From Bdellovibrionales bacterium (lineage in GTDB: Bacteria; Bdellovibrionota; Bdellovibrionia; Bdellovibrionales; UBA1609), in the NCBI GenBank assembly GCA_038144835.1, contig JAYQON010000007.1, positions 1-60,232 on the forward strand: 60,232 bases of DNA, in the 5' to 3' direction. Shown piece by piece: positions 57,603 to 60,232 of the stretch. The first letter of the stretch is position 1; each line of letters begins with the position of its first letter. The position numbers and the translations under genes were made by a program. The notes under the pieces were generated by a model. It saw only the letters and a program-made list of their open reading frames with translations. It ran no database searches and was not told the DNA's origin.

Positions 57603-58292
57603 TTAATGCTCTCCATCGACAATCGCCGCACTCATTGCAGATCGTATTTGGCCTAACATTTCTTCAAGGCCCTTTAGCGTAGCCTTTTCTCTAAAATCAA
57701 ACGCTGACTTGCTTTTGAGAACATTCAAGTTGTTCTCAATAACCTGAATCCGACTGACAGCCCGTGCAAGATAGTTCCTTGAGATGATGTGCAAAGCCAT
57801 CGGCCTAGAAGCTACAGCAACTAGAATCTGATCCTCGACAGCAATTTCCCTTAATACCCGGTATATTTGCGCCTCAATTAGTGCAATTTTTCCCGCCGAA
57901 GAATTTCGGTTCATAGCAGAAGTAAAGTCCAGCATGCGAAAATTCAAAGCCGACCTCCTTGTAGCGATAGACTTTTCGCCCAATGCCAAAAACGTATTTG
58001 TGGATGATGGAGGATTTTTAAGTAGAGATTCACTTTGGCTAAGGTAGCGTACAATCTCAACAACTTGTTGATACCTTTCTATCTCCGAATAAGTGGGCTG
58101 GCAGATTAATCTCATTGTATCTGATTTAAAAAATACACAACCTTGTGAGCGTAGACCTTTTTCAGACAAGAGCTTAGGTGACTGATCAGCGTCCGAAGTG
58201 GGCTTTTTCAAACCCAAGTCAGGTTGACCGCAAGCCGTGAGTGCCATAATGGCAAAGACCGAACCTGCAAGTGCGTAATTAGTTAGTTTCAT
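57603..58292 (-). CDS. Hypothetical helical lipoprotein
   Basis: Lipobox LTAC; AAGGGA RBS. Confidence 0.75.
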   Translation of the reverse strand: MKLTNYALAGSVFAIMALTACGQPDLGLKKPTSDADQSPKLLSEKGLRSQGCVFFKSDTMRLICQPTYSEIERYQQVVEIVRYLSQSESLLKNPPSSTNTFLALGEKSIATRRSALNFRMLDFTSAMNRNSSAGKIALIEAQIYRVLREIAVEDQILVAVASRPMALHIISRNYLARAVSRIQVIENNLNVLKSKSAFDFREKATLKGLEEMLGQIRSAMSAAIVDGEH

Positions 58293-58379
58293 ATTTTATT
58301 TCCCTTCCTGACTTATTTCCGAAAAATGGTCTTTTTATTTTTCTAATTTTTCTCGACTTAACTTAGCGATGGCGAGCAA

Positions 58380-58422
58380 TGCAAGCTGCAGTCCGCTGCG
58401 ATCAATCTCTAAGTTACTGATT
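58380..58422 (-). promoter_or_regulatory. sigma54 promoter with IHF-like site
   Basis: Minus strand CGGACTGCAGCTTGCA (GG-N10-GC) at 58380-58395; AATCAGTAACTTA (WATCAR-N4-TTR) at 58410-58422. Confidence 0.6.
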
Positions 58423-58507
58423 TTATTTAGTTAAATAATCCTCAAATTACATTTCTTTCCGGCTTTGCGGACGTCGATTCCTAGGAATCGGATACCAGAG
58501 CTGCGGG

Positions 58508-58523
58508 TGGCACTGTTATTGGA
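58508..58523 (+). promoter_or_regulatory. sigma54-like promoter (GG variant at -12)
   Basis: TGGCACTGTTATTGGA; AGGAGG RBS downstream. Confidence 0.4.
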
Positions 58524-58569
58524 CCACTCTAATGAGTTCGACTTACAAGCCAATCAGGAGGTCGATTAA

Positions 58570-59604
58570 GTGATAGAAATGCATACCTTAGAAACGCATA
58601 AGGGCTCATTGTCTAAACTTTTGACAGCCTTGGTGGTGTCCGCCCAGCTATCAATCGCCCAGCTTGCGGAAGCTCAGCCAAGTTGTCAGATTGGCCAACC
58701 TGAGGCCCATGAGCCTCTCGCAGACCGGCGTCTTTTTGTTAATTTTCCGGACGGACACAACATCACCATTGTGGGACACTTCCACGGAGAAACCTCAAAA
58801 ACCTCGAAGCTAGGTCTTTTGGCTACAGATAGGGACTCTTCAAACGAGTACCTCTTGGGGTCTGCACGCAAACGCCTGGATGAACAAAAGGCCGTGCTCA
58901 AGGATTTCAGAGAAGAGGTTTCGTATATTGTAGAGGAAAGCAAGAAGGGTTCGATAAAATTTATAGCGCTCGAAAATGGTACCCGGACATTTTCTAGCCT
59001 CAACAAAATTAGCAAAGTCTTTGAGGTGATGGCTCTAGCAAATTTCAATCGTCGTGGAATATCTGACCTTCAGCTCTTAAATGACGCGTTTTTAGTCTTT
59101 ATCGGCCCCACCCGATTTATTAAAATGCGTTCTCCGCAAACTTTGAGGGCCATTCGAATTATCCCTATCGAAGATGATCATCTTATGAAGAAGAGTCTAA
59201 ACAGCATTGATGAGTTTTTAGAGACCATGGAAAATTTTAAAAAAAGCCTTCCCGCTGGTCATTCTTTACATAAAACCATTGAGCATCTGGCTGATAGTGG
59301 CTTTTATAGTTATCACGAGACGTTAAAGACTCCATCGGACCAATTGATCAGTAGCGCTCTGGCCGCGACTCCCGTTGAATTTCGCGAAAAAATGGAGGTA
59401 TTGGTAAAAAAACTTATAAGAGTGATGAACGAACTCAATCAGCGTGATTTAGCTAAAAGCCAAAAGCTTATACAGCAAGCTACCTCTGGAGTTTACTTTG
59501 TTGGCCTTTCACACCTTAGATCTTTAGCCAGTAAGCTTGCAGAGGCTTGCCAAAGCATACACGCACCAAAAGCCGAACAAAGTCAGCCAACTACGGTTCA
59601 GTAG
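58570..59604 (+). CDS. Exported protein, putative EreA/ChaN/TraB (Tiki) superfamily fold
   Basis: Signal-like segment (AEA-Q); IVGHFHG, FIALE, QRDLAKS, VYFVGLSH occur in superfamily order. Confidence 0.6.
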   Translation: MIEMHTLETHKGSLSKLLTALVVSAQLSIAQLAEAQPSCQIGQPEAHEPLADRRLFVNFPDGHNITIVGHFHGETSKTSKLGLLATDRDSSNEYLLGSARKRLDEQKAVLKDFREEVSYIVEESKKGSIKFIALENGTRTFSSLNKISKVFEVMALANFNRRGISDLQLLNDAFLVFIGPTRFIKMRSPQTLRAIRIIPIEDDHLMKKSLNSIDEFLETMENFKKSLPAGHSLHKTIEHLADSGFYSYHETLKTPSDQLISSALAATPVEFREKMEVLVKKLIRVMNELNQRDLAKSQKLIQQATSGVYFVGLSHLRSLASKLAEACQSIHAPKAEQSQPTTVQ

Positions 59605-59606
59605 GG

Positions 59607-60232
59607 CTAATTAGAAAGTGCCTTGCGTGGATCGTAAGCCTCACGTATGCCCTCGCCTATAAATGTAAGAGCAGTCAAAGAAATCACCATCGCGAGAGAT
59701 GGGTATACGGCCAACCACCAAGCGATCGTAAAGTAATTCTGTGCCTGTTGCAGTAACTCACCCCAGCTGGGAGTGGGTGGCGGAAGCCCCATGCCCAAGT
59801 AATCCAAAATGGCCAGCATCGATATGTATCCAGCTATTTCAGCTGGCGAAAAAGTAATGAGGGGGCCAAGGCCATTTGGTAATATATGACGAAAAAGAAT
59901 CCGAAACGTACCCACGCCCTGAGCTTTAGCCGCTTCTACAAACTCGCGCTTACGTAACTTTAAAAACTCCGCGCGCATAAAAGTTGAAATTCGCATCCAA
60001 CCTAACAACACAGAAAAGGCGACCAGCAACCAAAGAGAAGATCCCAGAAAAGCAATCAGGGTCAATAGCATTAACAGATAAGGGAGAGAATCAAAAATCT
60101 CGACTAGTCTTTGACCGAAGAGGTCCAAGCGACCACCCCAGTATCCCATAACAGCGCCAGCCAGGGTGCCAACTAAAAAAGAGAAAAACCAAACTAAAAC
60201 CGCAAACCCAAACGAGTACCTAAATCCATAAG
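59607..60232 (-). CDS. yejE: Peptide ABC transporter permease, YejE-like (5' truncated by window edge)
   Basis: Frame open to the edge (YGFRYSFGFA...); MRAEFLKLR, EFVEAAKAQG, HILPN, PSWGELL, GEGIREAYDP. Confidence 0.88.
   Translation of the reverse strand, partial: YGFRYSFGFAVLVWFFSFLVGTLAGAVMGYWGGRLDLFGQRLVEIFDSLPYLLMLLTLIAFLGSSLWLLVAFSVLLGWMRISTFMRAEFLKLRKREFVEAAKAQGVGTFRILFRHILPNGLGPLITFSPAEIAGYISMLAILDYLGMGLPPPTPSWGELLQQAQNYFTIAWWLAVYPSLAMVISLTALTFIGEGIREAYDPRKALSN

Overview
Gene-dense bacterial chromosomal segment of about 52 CDS. No rRNA, tRNA, CRISPR array, transposase or prophage was recognised. Gene content and protein style point to a Bdellovibrionota (Bdellovibrionales-like) organism; this is inference. 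Housekeeping blocks include lipA-E2-lpdA-lipB, pssA-asd, truA-rplM-rpsI, an AceE-type PDH E1, an opp-like peptide ABC operon, trxB, trmB, ggt, ptrB, leuS, and speA with a deoxyhypusine-synthase-like gene. Many exported hypothetical proteins lie between them. Highlights: (1) a REC-GGDEF enzyme with the Asp->Ser 'Hypr' signature of 3',3'-cGAMP synthases; (2) six sigma54-type -24/-12 motifs, all in front of non-core exported proteins, one locus also carrying an IHF-like site and a perfect palindrome; (3) an orphan peptide-binding protein coupled to a histidine kinase next to a 1017-aa secreted Cys/His protein; (4) a CFI-box-CTERM surface protein paired with a beta-barrel; (5) three apparent pseudoenzymes; (6) a recurring GTCT-N7-AGAC palindrome; (7) several apparently leaderless genes. 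All calls are by eye from motifs; no searches were run.
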